From: Lama glama
Taxonomy: Eukaryota
NCBI GenBank assembly: GCA_028534125.1
Contig: CM052816.1
Span: 70,682,001 to 70,746,000 of the forward strand
Reading direction: 5' to 3'
DNA: 64,000 nt
Shown here: one piece after another, positions 1-13,999 of the stretch
How positions within the stretch are numbered: position 1 is the first letter of the stretch
Layout of the letters: each line of letters starts with the position of its first letter
The notes under the pieces: model-generated
Told to the model about the DNA's origin: nothing
Database searches by the model: none
What the model saw: the letters and a program-made list of their open reading frames with translations, nothing else
Made by a program: the position numbers and the translations under genes

Positions 1-868
1 TCATAATCACCCAAGTCTTTGTTCTGTGGAGTAAGAACTGTTTTTAAAGGCCCTGCACTGAAAAAGGAGAAGTGGTGCTTTTCATGAAAGATAGCAGAGA
101 CTAGTTGATCCTTCTCCAGGAAAGGAAACTGTGGGCAGCCAAGAGGACAGAGCCAGAGATTGGGAGTTAAAAGCCACTCAAGTTGCCAGAGTAAAGTGAG
201 AATGAACAGCCAAGTGTGAATAGGCAGTGAAGATAGAAGTGATGTGGAGCAAAGTTTGAACCCAAAGGCTTAGAAAACTCAAAACTAAGGCCAAAGGTAC
301 CAGGATCTGCCTTGGTTTTTCTTTCATGTGGGCCCAAATGCGCTACAAAGGCAGAGGAGAAGAGTTTGAAGTACCCTCTATGGAGTTATGGCTTAATTTA
401 GCTGAGCCATAATAAGTAATAGGACAAGTAATTGTAATGTAAATGTATTAGTAAGGCTAATAAAGAAATAATTAAGCAATTATATTTGTATATTGCAGGG
501 AAGAATTTGATAGTCACAAATATGAAGAGTATAAGAAAGGAAACTACTTTATGAAACAAAATTTCTCTCTCAAGCCTCCGATATACAAATAAGTAATTCA
601 GTGTTTTCTTCTCTTTTATTTTTTCCTGGAGTTGACTTTTTTTTTTTCCTTCAAATTTAAGTCCTGCTGAGAAGAAAAGAAAAATGGAAGAATGTATGAC
701 CAAAAGAATGAGTCTCCTTTTCACAAGAGCTGCAGAAAGTTGTTGAATTCCTTGGATGAAAAAAGTGTTATAAAGGGCTTAAGGATGGAAAGAAATTGGT
801 GGATCCTGAGGTGGGGGAACCGGGCCTAGAAAGGCTACAAAGATAATGTTAATCTCTCATGAGATTTA

Positions 869-1162
869 TTTTTCTTTTTTTTTTATTGAAGTATATAATC
901 AGTTTACAATTTGTCAGTTGTCAATTTCTGTTGTACAGCATAATGTTTCAGTTATACATATAAATACATATACTCATTTTCATATTCTTTTTCATTATAG
1001 GTTACTGTAAGATATTGAATATAGTTCCCTGTGCTATACAGTAGAAACTTGTTGTTTATCTATTTTATATATATTAGTTAGTATCTGCAAATCTCAAACT
1101 CCCAATTTATCCCTGCCCACCCCCTTTCCCCCCATTAACCATAAGTTTGTTTTCTATATCTG
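869..1162 (-). mobile_element. 5'-truncated L1 3' end (cetartiodactyl/camelid type)
   Basis: Poly(T) followed by TTTATTGAAGTAT..., TTCCCTGTGCTATACAGTAG and CCATAAGTTTGTTTTCTAT, the reverse complement of an L1 3'UTR; degenerate TSD TCTCATGAGATTT (855-867) / TCTCACAAGATCT (1163-1175). Confidence 0.9.
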
Positions 1163-1499
1163 TCTCACAAGATCTTTTAACTCATTTTTACAGTGATCAC
1201 CCTGCAAAAAACACATAAACACAAATAAAATAAAATCTTTGGTTATAAATTCAGTCTACCTAGAGTAATAACATTTAGATTTTTCTTATATCTCCACAGT
1301 ACTTAGTTTTGAGATTGTTTTGCATTTTATATCACTAGAAGTTGGGGAAAGTGAATCAGAATTTTCTACTTTGTGGTGATCAAAGTTAACTCTTCTGAGT
1401 AAAAGCAGTGTTTTTATTCCAAGAAAATGTCTTAATGAAAAGCTCATTTTGTGTGGACTATAATAATAAGCATATTTGTGCAATATTAAAACAAACAAA

Positions 1500-4400
1500 A
1501 GGGGAGAAGTATTTCTGGAATTACAGAGTATCTCCAAAATTCCACTCCTCCATAAAGGCCATGAGAACATTAGCAAAAGTTGTCAAAATCAACTTTTTCA
1601 GAACTCTGGAATTAAACAAAGGGTTGCAAAAATAAAAGAAAAGTTAAGAAAAAAAAAGGGAACCTTAAAAATATAGCAAACCCTGTGGCATTTGACTTCT
1701 CCCTATTTATTTCCACCCCCTTCCTCCCAGCTCTGTGGTACCCTGAAAGCAGATGGCTTCACAACTAGGCTGACAGAGTCAGCAGTCTAGCAACCACTGT
1801 ATAGTGACAGCATGGGTTTGGACCTCCCCAAAACCTCCACGAAGAAAAAAAAAAAAAAACCCTAGCCCAGAAGAATCATTACTATTTGACCTGAATGGCA
1901 GATTCCTGAAAAACTCTGTTTTCAAGATTTGTCTTTATATGGCCTGGCTCAGAGCTAGCCCTGTGAAAGTAGCCCTATTCCAAGGGCATTTGTGTAAAAA
2001 AAAAAAAACTTTGGCCATTGTTTCATAGTACAGCAGCCTGAGGCAGCAGTGTCAGTCAGGGCTGACAAAAACACAAAAGATAAAATGAGAGAATAAGATG
2101 TTTGTAGGGTACTTTGAAAAGTTTCTACGTGGTTCTAAGAATCTAGAAGGACACGTGCCTGTGCAGGACTCTGTGCACGCTCTGGAAAAGACCCTACTCT
2201 CTCACCTCTGCCTGACCTTGAATCTGTGCAGCCAGGAAGTGAAGGCTAGGGCAGAACTGTAAACTGCCTGGTGGAGCATTGAAGATGTACCCTAACATCA
2301 GAGAGAGCCCTTCAGCCAAGGCTGGGAGACCTAATGTTTCAAGTTATTAAATAGCAATCTCTGTTTAATCATTAAGTGACTATTAAGTTAACCAAGCAGA
2401 GACTTCGGTAGCCATAAAAAACAAAGACTTTACAGCCTTAGTCCAGGAAAGCCGCTCAACACATACATACAGCAGCAGCAGCAGAAACAGCAGAGAGCGA
2501 CAACAGCAAATGCTAGAAAGTGAGAAATCTGATTCACAGGACTGCCATATCATAGTATTTCAACTGTTCAGTTTCAATCAAAGAAAGACATAAGCACAGG
2601 AAAAAGCAATAGGAACCATCTCTTAGGAATCCTAAATGTTGGGTTTTCTTGAAAAAACTTTAAATCAACTATAATAAATATATTCAAAGAATCAAAGAAA
2701 CCATGTCTAGAGAATTAAATTAAAGTATGAGAATGATGTCTCATTAAAAACAAAGGACCGATAAAGGATAGATATTATTAAAAATTAGGAATTTTGAAAT
2801 TGAAAAGGCTAATAGCTGAAATAAAAATTTCACTACAGTCCCAACAGTAGGTTTGAACTGGCAGAAGAAAGAAACAGTGAACTTAAAGAGATTATCCAGT
2901 CTGAGGAACAGAACAATAGCAACCCAAATATAAGATAAATAAAATAAACAGTCTCAGAGACCTGTGGGACACCATCAGGTGTACCAATATATACATGATG
3001 GAAGTTGCAGAAGGAGAAGAGAAAGAAAAGGGGCCAGAAAGCACATTTGAAGAAATAATGCCTGAAAACTTTCTAAATTTGGTGAAAATATTAATATTTA
3101 TATTCAAATAGCTTAATGAATCAAACTAGAAAAATTCCAAAGAGATCTACATCTTGACTAATCATAGTCAAACTGTTCAGTGCCAGAGAAAAAGAAAGAC
3201 TAATGAAAGCAGTAAGAGAAAAGTACTCATCATGTACAAGGGATTTTTAATAAGATAGGCTACTGACTTTTCTTTAGAGATCATGAAGGCCAGAATAGAA
3301 TAGGATGACATTTTCAAATTTCTAAAAGAAAAAAGAATATTAACCATATCCAGCAAAACTATCCTTCAGAAAAGATGGAGAAATGTAGACACTCCCAAAT
3401 ATAGAAATACTGTGATGTCATTGTTAGCAGACCTGCCCTACTAAAGGAGTCCTTCATTCTACAATAAAAGGACACTAGACAGTATCTCAAATTCACGTAA
3501 AGAAATAAAGAACACCGGTAAAGGTAATTATGTAACTGTGAAAGAGAATAGAAATGTGTTTTCTTTCTTTTCTTCTATCATATTTAAATGTAACTACATA
3601 GAACAATAATTATAAAAGCTGTGTTGATGAGCTTATAATAAACAAGATGTAATTTATCTAACAATAGTACAGAAGAAGGCGAGGGAATAGGGCTATATTG
3701 GAGCAAAGATTTTGTATACTATTGAAATTAATCCCACTTAGATTGTTTTAAGATATTATAACTATGAAGAAAATAACTAAAAAATATATAAGAGAAATAA
3801 CAAGGGAATCACTGTAGTATGCAGTAAAAATGTCTGTTTAACAAAACAGAAGACAGTAATGGAGGAGTAAAGGAAGTTTTCTTACACCATATACAAAAAT
3901 TAACTCAAAATGGATCAGAAACCTAAATGTAAGAGCTAAAGCTTTATAACACAGTAGAAACATAGTAACAAATCTCAATGACCTTGAATTAGGCAATGAT
4001 TTCTTAGATACAACACCAATAGTGCAAATAATAAAAGAAAAATAGATAAATTGGACTTTATTAAAATGTAAAATTTTAGTGCTTCAAATGACACCATTAA
4101 GAATGTAAAAAGACAACCTACCTGATGGGAGAAAATATTTGAAAATCATAAATCTTAAAAGGATCTAGACCCAGAATACATAAAGAACTCTTACAACTCA
4201 ACAATTTAAAAACCCAACAAACAATCCAATTTAAAAATGGACAAAGATTATAAATTCACATTTCTATAAAGAAGAAATAAACATAACCAAGAAGCACATG
4301 AAAAAATGCTAAAAATCATTGTTATTGGAAAATTCAAGTCAAACCCACAATGAGATAGTACTTCACACCCACTAGGATGGTTGTAACAGTAACAAGTGTT

Positions 4401-4972
4401 GGCAAGGATGTGGAAAAATTAAAACTCTCATAGACTGCAAAATGGTGCAGCCAGTTTAGGAATACGCAAGAGAACTAAAAACATGTCCACACAAAAACTT
4501 ATATACAAATGTTCATAGTAGCATTGTCCAGAATAACCAAACAGTGGTAGTACCCAAATGTCCATCAGTTGATAAATGCATAAATAAAATATGGTATATC
4601 CATATATTGTGATATTGCTCAGCCATAAAAAGGAATAAAGTATTAACATATGCTTCAACATGGGTGAACCTTGAAAACATGCTAAGTGAAAAAAGCCAGA
4701 CACAAAGGGCCACATATTGTGTGATTGCATTTATATGAAATGTCCAGAATAGACAAATGGATAAAGAAAGAAGGTGGTTTCCAGGGGCTGGTAGGAGAAG
4801 GGAGCCAGGAATGACTGCTAATCAGTAAGAGGATTCTTTTTTTTAAGATGATAGAAATGTTCTAAATTTAGATGGTAGGGATGGTTGCACAACTCTGAAT
4901 ATACTAGAAACCACTCGAATTGTGCACTTTAAGGGTTAATTTTATGTTATCTCAGTAAAGCTATTAAAAAAT
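1500..4972 (+). mobile_element. Old L1M (L1MB/MC-like) with 5'UTR, decayed ORF1, internal ORF2 deletion and 3'UTR
   Basis: 5' motif CTCCATAAAGGCCATGAGAAC...AATCAACTTTTTCAGAACTCTGGAA; ORF1-like AGTCTCAGAGACCTGTGGGACACCATCA (~2951); late-ORF2 CTTACACCATATACAAAAATTAACTCAAAATGGATC (3881); 3'UTR ending AAAGCTATTAAAAAA. Confidence 0.88.
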
Positions 4973-5282
4973 AATACCCTGCTAATAAATCCATGGTGGG
5001 TGGGTATATGCCAAGAAGCCTAGTCTACATGCACAGTTGTAGAATTAATGAAGAATGAGTTCTTCTTTACCTTTTCATAAAACTGATAAGACTAATTGTC
5101 TACACTGGCATATCAGGAATAATCAGTGATTCATAATTGCTGCCTGTTACAGTTTTTGGTAATGTGTAGAGATTTTACAGCAGAAAAGCTTGATTGTTAA
5201 TGTAGTCCCAAATATTCAATAGCAATTTGACTGCTATACGTATAGATGCAGTACAAGTGAAAAATATTATGGTTTTTTTCAG

Positions 5283-5426
5283 TTCTCAAATTGATGCATG
5301 TAAGAATGCCAGAGAACAATGTGAATTACTATACTGGCAATATTTCAAAACAGAAAAACAAATCACCAGCCTTCTTCAAAATACTGTTTATTTAAATGAT
5401 AGTGATTGGTTTACTATGTGGTTGAG
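5283..5426 (+). other. Candidate 144-nt internal exon (phase 2-2, open frame SQIDACKNAREQCELLYWQYFKTEKQITSLLQNTVYLNDSDWFTMWL); unrecognised
   Basis: Acceptor GGTTTTTTTCAG|, donor GAG|GTACTG, length divisible by 3, no stop codon; no homology recognised. Confidence 0.15.
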
Positions 5427-6880
5427 GTACTGATTCAATAGTATCTACTAATTAGAACAAAGTGTTGGACAATATAAAGTTCACCCAGAATACCTCTGTT
5501 GAGGACAAAATTTTAAGGTTCTTGCATGAAGTAGACGAGAAAACAAAAAGCATAGAGCATATTCAGTGGAAAAGTGCTCTAGATATCAACATGAGACCTT
5601 GGGCAAAGTGGGCGTTGCAGGGAAACGCTCTCCATTTGCTCTCAGCCTTGTCATTGGATCTGTGATTATAACTATCTTAAGGAAGGGAGATGTCCTAACA
5701 TTGAAAACAGGAAGAAATGATGGAAGTAAAATTCCAGTAAGTAATCAACTTCTAGTGGCCTGTAATGAACTCCACTTGCTTATGATAAGAATTATTTTGA
5801 CCCTTATTTATTAATCAATTACATGGAATTTAAAGTTGAAAAAATGAAATAAACTTGAAGTGACTCTATCTAGGAGAAGAGCAAGATTTTTCTTACAATC
5901 AAAAAAAAAAAACCTGACTGTTCTTCAGTCAAAAACTAATAGTAAATTAAGTAAGAATGGTTGTGTCCTAACACTTAAAACACACGTATAGATGTGCGCA
6001 AGTGTACAAGAACCTCCCCCCTGCACACGCACAGACACACACATCCCAGCCTGTCATCCTCAATACGACACTGGTCTCTGCAGCAACACAAGCTGAGGTT
6101 AAGAATGCTCACCCACTTAGTTATATAAGTGGTTTGTCTCAATATTTTATCCTTTTTCTCCTTTATTGCCTTTTCATTTCAGCTTCATAGGCTTCTAAGT
6201 GATAAAGTCTTTCATCATTGTTTGCAAAGATTTAGTTTCTTTTGAAATTTAAGGGGAGTTATGACACTTCATAAATATTCACAGAAAAAAATCTTAAGTA
6301 TTATTTGTATGATTTTATAATTACTGAGAATTGTTCCATACTTTCCCCCCCCATTTATTCTTATATCTGAATTTCACAGTCTTCTCATTAGAAAGGCTGG
6401 CTAGGTATCTCTAACTTACTTTATTTTCAGAAATTTGGAGCCACACAATAAATGGACTTGCTAAGGCTGAAACTTAACTCTGGTGGTTTTGTTTTTTTGT
6501 TTTTTTAATTCTGTGTACTCACAATCTGAGAACATTTTTAAGAGAGTATTTTAGAAAATTTACTTAATGTTAAGTTGGTATTTTAATTTTTGTCTGTTTG
6601 CACTAAATACACATAAAATTTAGAATAAATCTCTAGGACACATCTGTTTCCTGTTCATTGTGCACATCAGATTATAAGCTTTTGGAATGAAAAGTGGCAT
6701 TTGAAAACCTCAAGAAATGACAATAGCAGCAGTGATGATGTTTTTCGGCTCTCAGTGGTAACGTGGGAACTGATTATTTACCTCAAAACCTTTTATAAAA
6801 TAAAGCAAACATTAGAATATATTCAGTTACTATTTCCTAACCAAAACCTGACATTATATGGTTTCTAATAGCAATAAGTA

Positions 6881-7100
6881 AGAGTTTTGACAGCAGATAC
6901 CAACTACTATATATAAAATAGATGAACAGCAAGTTTGTGCTATATAGCACGGGGAACTATATTCAATATCTTGTAACTTATGGTTAAAAAGGATACGAAA
7001 ATGAATATAAGTAATACATGTATGTTCCTATATGACTGAAGTATTGTGCTGTACACCAGAAATTGACACAACATTGTAAACTGACTACTTCAATAAAAAT
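6881..7100 (+). mobile_element. L1 3' end fragment (camelid type)
   Basis: CTACTATATATAAAATAGAT...TATAGCACGGGGAACTATATTCAATATCTTGTA...GCTGTACACCAGAAATTGACACAACATTGTAAACTGACTACTTCAATAAAAA. Confidence 0.9.
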
Positions 7101-7392
7101 ATTTTTTAAAAATGAAGATAACAGTTCCAACAGAGAACTTGGTGATTTAAAAAAAAAATACTAACATTTCTTAAATACTTTCCCAGGTTGTTTCTGTTAA
7201 TTTTATGATGCTGTCACAAATTGATGCCTGCATGTGGACAATACATATTATTCTATCTTTTGGGTAACACAAGTGATCGAGGCACCAGAACACATGTTCT
7301 ACCTAAACTGATGCACAGCTTTTAAATAATCTTTTACTGGGACAGGCTACTAACTTTTGATTTGGAAGAGAATTATTGAAATTTGCCCTTTG

Positions 7393-7892
7393 NNNNNNNN
7401 NNNNNNNNNNNNNNNNNNNNNNNNNNNNNNNNNNNNNNNNNNNNNNNNNNNNNNNNNNNNNNNNNNNNNNNNNNNNNNNNNNNNNNNNNNNNNNNNNNNN
7501 NNNNNNNNNNNNNNNNNNNNNNNNNNNNNNNNNNNNNNNNNNNNNNNNNNNNNNNNNNNNNNNNNNNNNNNNNNNNNNNNNNNNNNNNNNNNNNNNNNNN
7601 NNNNNNNNNNNNNNNNNNNNNNNNNNNNNNNNNNNNNNNNNNNNNNNNNNNNNNNNNNNNNNNNNNNNNNNNNNNNNNNNNNNNNNNNNNNNNNNNNNNN
7701 NNNNNNNNNNNNNNNNNNNNNNNNNNNNNNNNNNNNNNNNNNNNNNNNNNNNNNNNNNNNNNNNNNNNNNNNNNNNNNNNNNNNNNNNNNNNNNNNNNNN
7801 NNNNNNNNNNNNNNNNNNNNNNNNNNNNNNNNNNNNNNNNNNNNNNNNNNNNNNNNNNNNNNNNNNNNNNNNNNNNNNNNNNNNNNNNNNNN
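7393..7892. other. Assembly gap (500 N)
   Basis: Run of N; the round number suggests a placeholder size. Confidence 0.99.
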
Positions 7893-9085
7893 AAGGGCCC
7901 TTGTCCAAAATTCTGACATATCATGCTCCTATACAGTGAAAATCCTTTGAAACCAAATTTAATATTCAACCTTGATTAACGCTGGAGGTTCAGACCATAT
8001 ACATTTCTCAATATGGTGACAAAATATATTTGAAATAGGCATCCTGTGTTACATTTGCATGCAGCTCTGGTTCTCATTTTAGGAAAGAAAACTTCTTGCC
8101 AGTAGATACTGGAATTTCCCTTAAAAATACATCTGTTTGCATCATATAAACATGGACTAATGGGAAGATAATTAAATATTATTGAACATTATTAATGAAT
8201 CTTATTTTCCCATATTTTGAAGGTTGCTTAAATTCACCTCCCTAGGAGGTCCAAGAGAAAATTGAAGCCAATGCATGAGAATTAACTGCTGCCTTCTACT
8301 GGATGACACCATTGATCCAGTGAGATCCAATTCTTCCAGGAATTAAATGCTTTCAAAATATGGAGAAAATTATGACCAGTGCTATGATTGCTATTACTAC
8401 AGAATGTCCTTCCATAGTTCTTCTCTTATGTCAAAAATACAGTGTTAAAGTTGAAGAAGGAAATACAGGAAGAGAATGGTTAAAAAGAAAATGTGAAGCT
8501 TACAAATAAGGATGTTAGATTGTTCTGCCACTTAATAAGCTGCCCTTGAGATTTTGCTACTGATGGCTCACTGTACCAAAAAATTATCTTAGCTGTCAAT
8601 ATTTATGTAGGGGAGGATCACAGGATATCACCTGAAACCCTCTTGTCTTTAAATTCACATTTTTATTGGTGCATTTATCAACACATACTCTGAGGCCCTC
8701 TTTTAAGTGCTGGAGTAGGGAGAGGGACAGGGACATACAAAATAAGGGTGGGGGCACTTTAAGGGGAGGTCTGGTTGGTTAGCAGACAAATCAAGGAGGT
8801 ATACAGAAATGAGTGCTACCAAAATGTCCCACAACCTGCTGTGAGCGCCCAGGTGAGGAACAATGAGTATGTTTTCTAAGAAGCTGAACAAAAGGGGCTA
8901 TGAGATGTTCACTTTCAGGAGTAGGACTCCTTTTGCTTTTGTTTCAGTCGTGAAAACGCTGAAGGGCAAGGAGAAGACAAATTAGTGCTTTCATTTCAAA
9001 AAGCTGAATTACCAGGGAGAAACACAAAACAGGTCAGAGGGTCAGAGAGCAGCTGGGGGTGGTAGAAGGGCTTCTTTGTTTAAAT

Positions 9086-9133
9086 TTATACATATTATAT
9101 ATGTATATATACACACATATACATATATATACA

Positions 9134-9167
<34 letters not shown>

Positions 9168-9170
9168 TAT
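9086..9170. repeat. (TA)n/(CA)n compound microsatellite
   Basis: TATATATGTATATATACACACATAT...ACACACACAC. Confidence 0.95.
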
Positions 9171-9447
9171 TTACATAACCTTGAAACCTGCTTATCAGTA
9201 GGACCTGCCACTTCTGTTAGAAAGTTATTATTCAAGAACCTGAAAGATGTCTTTAGAACTTAAACAGCAGAGAGGATATGGGAAGCTTGTGCTTTAATTT
9301 CTTGATTCAATGTTTTAATAAATACTTACGGAAAACTTACTGTCTGCAAAGCATTATAAGCCACTATAAAATATAAAAAAAAATCACAGTATCAATTTTT
9401 GCTCTAGTTCAGAACCTCTAATTGAATAAGAGCCTTTCATGCTGGCA

Positions 9448-9461
9448 TGTGTGTGCGCGTG

Positions 9462-9494
<33 letters not shown>
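9448..9494. repeat. (TG)n microsatellite
   Basis: TGTGTGTGCGCGTGTGTGTGCGTGTGTG... Confidence 0.95.
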
Positions 9495-10386
9495 TTTAGA
9501 TATTTTGTTACATATAAAAGGAAAGAACTATCAATGTGTTTTATAAAGATAATTTCCCTAGCAAAAAGCCATGACCTCCTGAAAAAGGTTTGGACAGCCA
9601 ACACAAAAAAAATCAACCTTGTAAACAAGGATTTCTGGAAGTTTGATATACAAGGTCCTCCACCCATTTTCCTGTCACACAGGATGTAATGGCTTTTGTT
9701 GAATACACTGTGACACTAAGTAACTGGCAGTCACTATATTGCTTATTATTTGGATTACTCTAAACAGCTGCATTTACAGGAATTCCAATGACCTTCAATA
9801 GATAGAATATATTGACATCAAATAAAAAACAGTTTTAGGTTTTGTCATGAAACTCTTCAGGCATAGTGATTAATATTCCATAGATGCCAAGGATGGCTTT
9901 AATCTTAAAAACCTACATTCATAGTTTAGGTGCATACTTAATCACTTTCTATGTTTCTGAAGTAAGACCCATGATTCTGCCTCACTTAATCATTGCCTCC
10001 TAATGTAATTTTTGCTAGAATGAGCTGTCATTTAACAGAGGAACTCCTTAGGGTGTTGATGACTTAGTGGGAATGCCATAATATATTTTAACCTAATAGC
10101 TTGTTCAAGTCACATGATACTGTTATTGTATTGAATTTTAATTTTGGAACTGAGATTTTACATGCTGTTCAAGATATGTGTGCTGTATTCTATGTTACAA
10201 TGAAGTTTTGCATAAGTCAATAATAGTGATAAATCATATCTATTCTCCACTTGGCCTTAACTGAATCCGTAATTGTAGAGCAAGATTGAATGCAGGCTTA
10301 AGGTCATTTAGCTTTACATGCTATATTCATTGAAGACTGTTCTGATAGTTAAGTGACTGCTGTCATGTAGGAGGGTTTGTACACAT

Positions 10387-10700
10387 GTTCATTCATTCAT
10401 TCATTCATTCAGTCTTTAGAACTTTATTGAGCACTTATGAAATCCCAAGCCATTCTCAGGTAATATTTAAGATAGACATGGTCCCTGCCCTCAGGAAGCT
10501 TACTATTTGCTGGGAGGAGATAAATAATAAACAATAAATAAATAAATGAGCAAATATGTTACGTAGGATTAAGTATTACGCAGATAATTACAGTACAGTG
10601 ACTGGTGACTGCTTTCATTTAAATAGTCAGAATTCTAAGACCTGTCTGAGGAAATAACATTTAATGTGTTTTTTGAATGACAAGAACCCAGCCTTGTGAA
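10387..10700 (-). mobile_element. L2 3' fragment
   Basis: (TTCA)n tail, TTTATTGAGCACTTA, GACATGGTCCCTGCCCTCAGGAAGCTTAC. Confidence 0.85.
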
Positions 10701-13700
10701 GTTCGCATAGTATAAACCAAAGTTTATATGAAAAGACAAAAGTAAGCTTTAACTTAAATGTGTGTACCTCTGACTTAGAAGACTGGGGAATGTGTGATGT
10801 GGAACAAAAGAGACATTGGAAAAATAACACCAGGAGTAAGTTGCATTGAAGGCGAGTTATTTGCAGAGGTGAATATAAAATAAGAGTGAACCATGGCACG
10901 AACACACTGAAGCTGTGGGAAGAAGGAGAACATGAGAGAAACGAGGAAATTAAACGGCGATTCCCTTCTACTTCTCAGCTCTCATTCACTGGGCCTAGAG
11001 ATGCAGAGGATTTACAGAAGAATAGCTTGGCCAAGTAGCACCAGCTGTTTGTGTAGTCATCAGAGGGAACTACTAAAAAATTCGAGTCACTTTCATCCAC
11101 AGCTAGTAGCATCACTTTACTCAGAATCTGGCACTGAATTCTACACTATAGAAAATAACTTTGAAGGATCAAATTAGATATGAGTATCTGAGTTAAGTAT
11201 TCTTTAAACCACAAGAATGAGTAACAATCTTGTTGTGTACATCCCAGCTCTTTCCTTTCACAACTGATTTGGGCAGGGTTGGGGGGGGCGCTTAGTGTAC
11301 TGACATAAAAATTCCAGGCTGTCTTTCAAATATCGGCTTCTTTATCTTTTGGATAAATCTAAATGTGGATCCTTAAAGCTTGTTAGGATATTTCCATCTC
11401 AGAGTTATGTCTAAGCAGCTCTTTATAATTGGAGAAAATAAAATTGCATAAACAAAGCTGATCATTAAATGGGATGCCTAAGTCCCAAGTAAGAAAATCT
11501 ATGAGCCAGCTAGTTTCTAATTTCATGTTTGTGGTACATAAACTGAAGTTACAGAAAAATGAATTAAGTGAAACTGGGTTGTGTTCAAAGTTAGCACTGC
11601 CAGACAGAATCCAGAACACTAATGTGAAGTGTCCAGAAAAGAAAAAGATCTGGCCTTTAGAAATGGAGTGGAGTTCATTAATATTTTGAGAACTTGTGGG
11701 TGCAATTTAAAATGTCTGTTTATGGGGATTAATCTACTTTAATCTACTCTACAGCAGAGGAAGGGGGGAAGAGAAAGACATTTTGTTATCCTAAACAGAA
11801 AAAGACAGATCTTGCAATATATGATTTTAGAACTCTATGCTACATCTAGAGTGATGGTTAATAAAGCATCTTTGTGTGCTTTTGTTGAATAAATCATACT
11901 TTGTTTCTTAAATGACCAACTCTTTGCTCAGGAAATGTTTACTTTAAAAACATTTATTGTTATTCTCATGACAAAAGAAATCTATACAAATAGAAGTTAG
12001 ACAATAAAGTAAAATAATACATAATCTTTACATTAAGTGATAACCTGTTAGTAACATTTACATACACACATGAATACAAGATAAAAGAATATTTATAAAA
12101 ACATGACCGTGCTATACATACTATGTTCTTGTAATCTATTTTTTCATTATGTAATTTTACCAGGTAATCTACTTTTATTATGACATATATTCATGCCATT
12201 GAATATACATTGACATCATTATTTTTAATGACTACATTTCATTATATAGATTTACCATGTGCTCTTCTGTTGGCTATTTGCAATTTTTGTTACTAAAAAC
12301 AATATTTTAATGGATCTAATCAGGCATAAACAGTACAATGAAAGCACATATGATGGACACTTAACCCAGTCAAGGTCAGTGAAAATTTCTAGAACCTTAA
12401 ACCTCTCAGCTGACACATATAAACTGAGACCTGAGAAGCCCGTCTGTAAATGATGAAGAAAGATAAGACCTAAGTTGAACATTCTTTCTCTTTATTCTTA
12501 ATCTTTCTTTAATCATTAATTTAGTAGAACATTCTTTAAATGTTTTCTTGTTCTTCTTGACCCTCAGAATTCAGAAATAAATCCTTTTACTCTTTTCTGT
12601 CTCTTTCTCTTCCTCTCTTTCTGCCATATTAATAACAATGTAGTTATTTGTAGAGGTACAGTAAAAATGGTCCTCCTTTTTTCAGGAAATATGAACAAAT
12701 ATTATGCAACCAAATTGCTTATATCTTCCGGAGTGCCACATTTGAGCCTAGTCTCATTTAATCAGGCATGACAAGTCCATCATTAATGAATAAAGGGTTG
12801 TACTTCTTATGTAGAATCAGTCCTTACAGAGCCCTACCAGGAAACTGGTCAGATATCTGTTCTGGTTTTCAAGGTAAACCTTACAGGTGATAAATTAAGT
12901 CATTTCATGGCAGCCTAGGAACCCTGCAGATGTGAGGGCTCTGGAAAACAACAAAGTCAAGCTACATTTGCCCATCTTTGCTCATTAGAGTCTTAACCAT
13001 CCTTAAGGTCCATTTCCAATGTCATCTTTTCCACAGAGTTTCTAGAAGTGACTGTGGATTACAGGAATTATAAACTATGCCCCTCGAGCTGAGCCCAGTG
13101 GTTAGGAGAACCCAAGGAATAGTGAGGACCAGAAGATAAAATAGTAAAGAAACTCACAAGATGAGAATTAAACATTAGGATTTAAGATAAGGATGGGAAG
13201 AAAAAAAGTAGAGCTTAGGGAAGGATCCAACATGGGAGATAAATTTCCACATTATAATACAGTTGTGGATAGGGCCCATATCATAAGCCAGAAAAAATAC
13301 ACAGAGAAAACTTAGAATTCGTAGATCACACATAGCAACATGCCAGTTGAGTTGATTTTAAAATAGTGTTTCGGTCAACTGTCACTTCAGGCATGAGTCA
13401 AATAGAGATTGTGGGCAAAGTTATATTAATATTTGTCTATTTTACATTGCCTAGAATTTTAGGAACTGGTTTTGTGTAGACTACAGGGAATTATTCACAT
13501 ATGAGGTATCAGTTTTGTCTGTTGCTTCTGTTTTGGGTGAGGTGGGTGGGTGACATTATATTGTGGCAAATAAAAACATCAGCCTGAAAAAAACTGTTCC
13601 CCAAAAGCTGGGGGGAAATGAGAGGAGCTAGAGGTTGGAAAGAAATAGTCTCAGGCAAATCAGCTGTGGCCTCCTGACTCCCAGTGCAGACTTTTTTGAA

Positions 13701-13999
13701 ATTTTTAGCAATATTCTGAGAAGAGTATAATGAAGTAAGTATTTGCCAACAAAAAGCTGGGAGGTTTGGTCGAACTTTGGAAAATTGTTTTTACTCCCTT
13801 TAGATGGAGCATTGTGATGAAATGGACCAAAGACACTTTCAACAGTTTATTCATGTTCCAAAAGAATGTTAGTGTGCCTAGGGTCCAAATTCATCGGGCA
13901 AGTATTGCTGTGAGTTTTCCAAGTTGGGTTCATTTCATGACATGACAAAGAAAATTATTAACATTATAAATAGTTTTTATACTCATAACCGTACCTTAC

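Noticed and set aside
5586..5675. Minus-strand terminal-exon-like peptide IVIITDPMTRLRANGERFPATPTLPKVSC*
   Set aside because: Acceptor is plausible, but there is no recognisable homology or convincing upstream coding exon.
7303..7969. Six ORFs of 177-201 aa, the longest in the track
   Set aside because: Artefacts of translating through the 500-N gap.
8247..8285. Plus-strand acceptor followed by EVQEKIEANA* or RSKRKLKPMHEN*
   Set aside because: Too short to distinguish from chance, and neither peptide is recognised.
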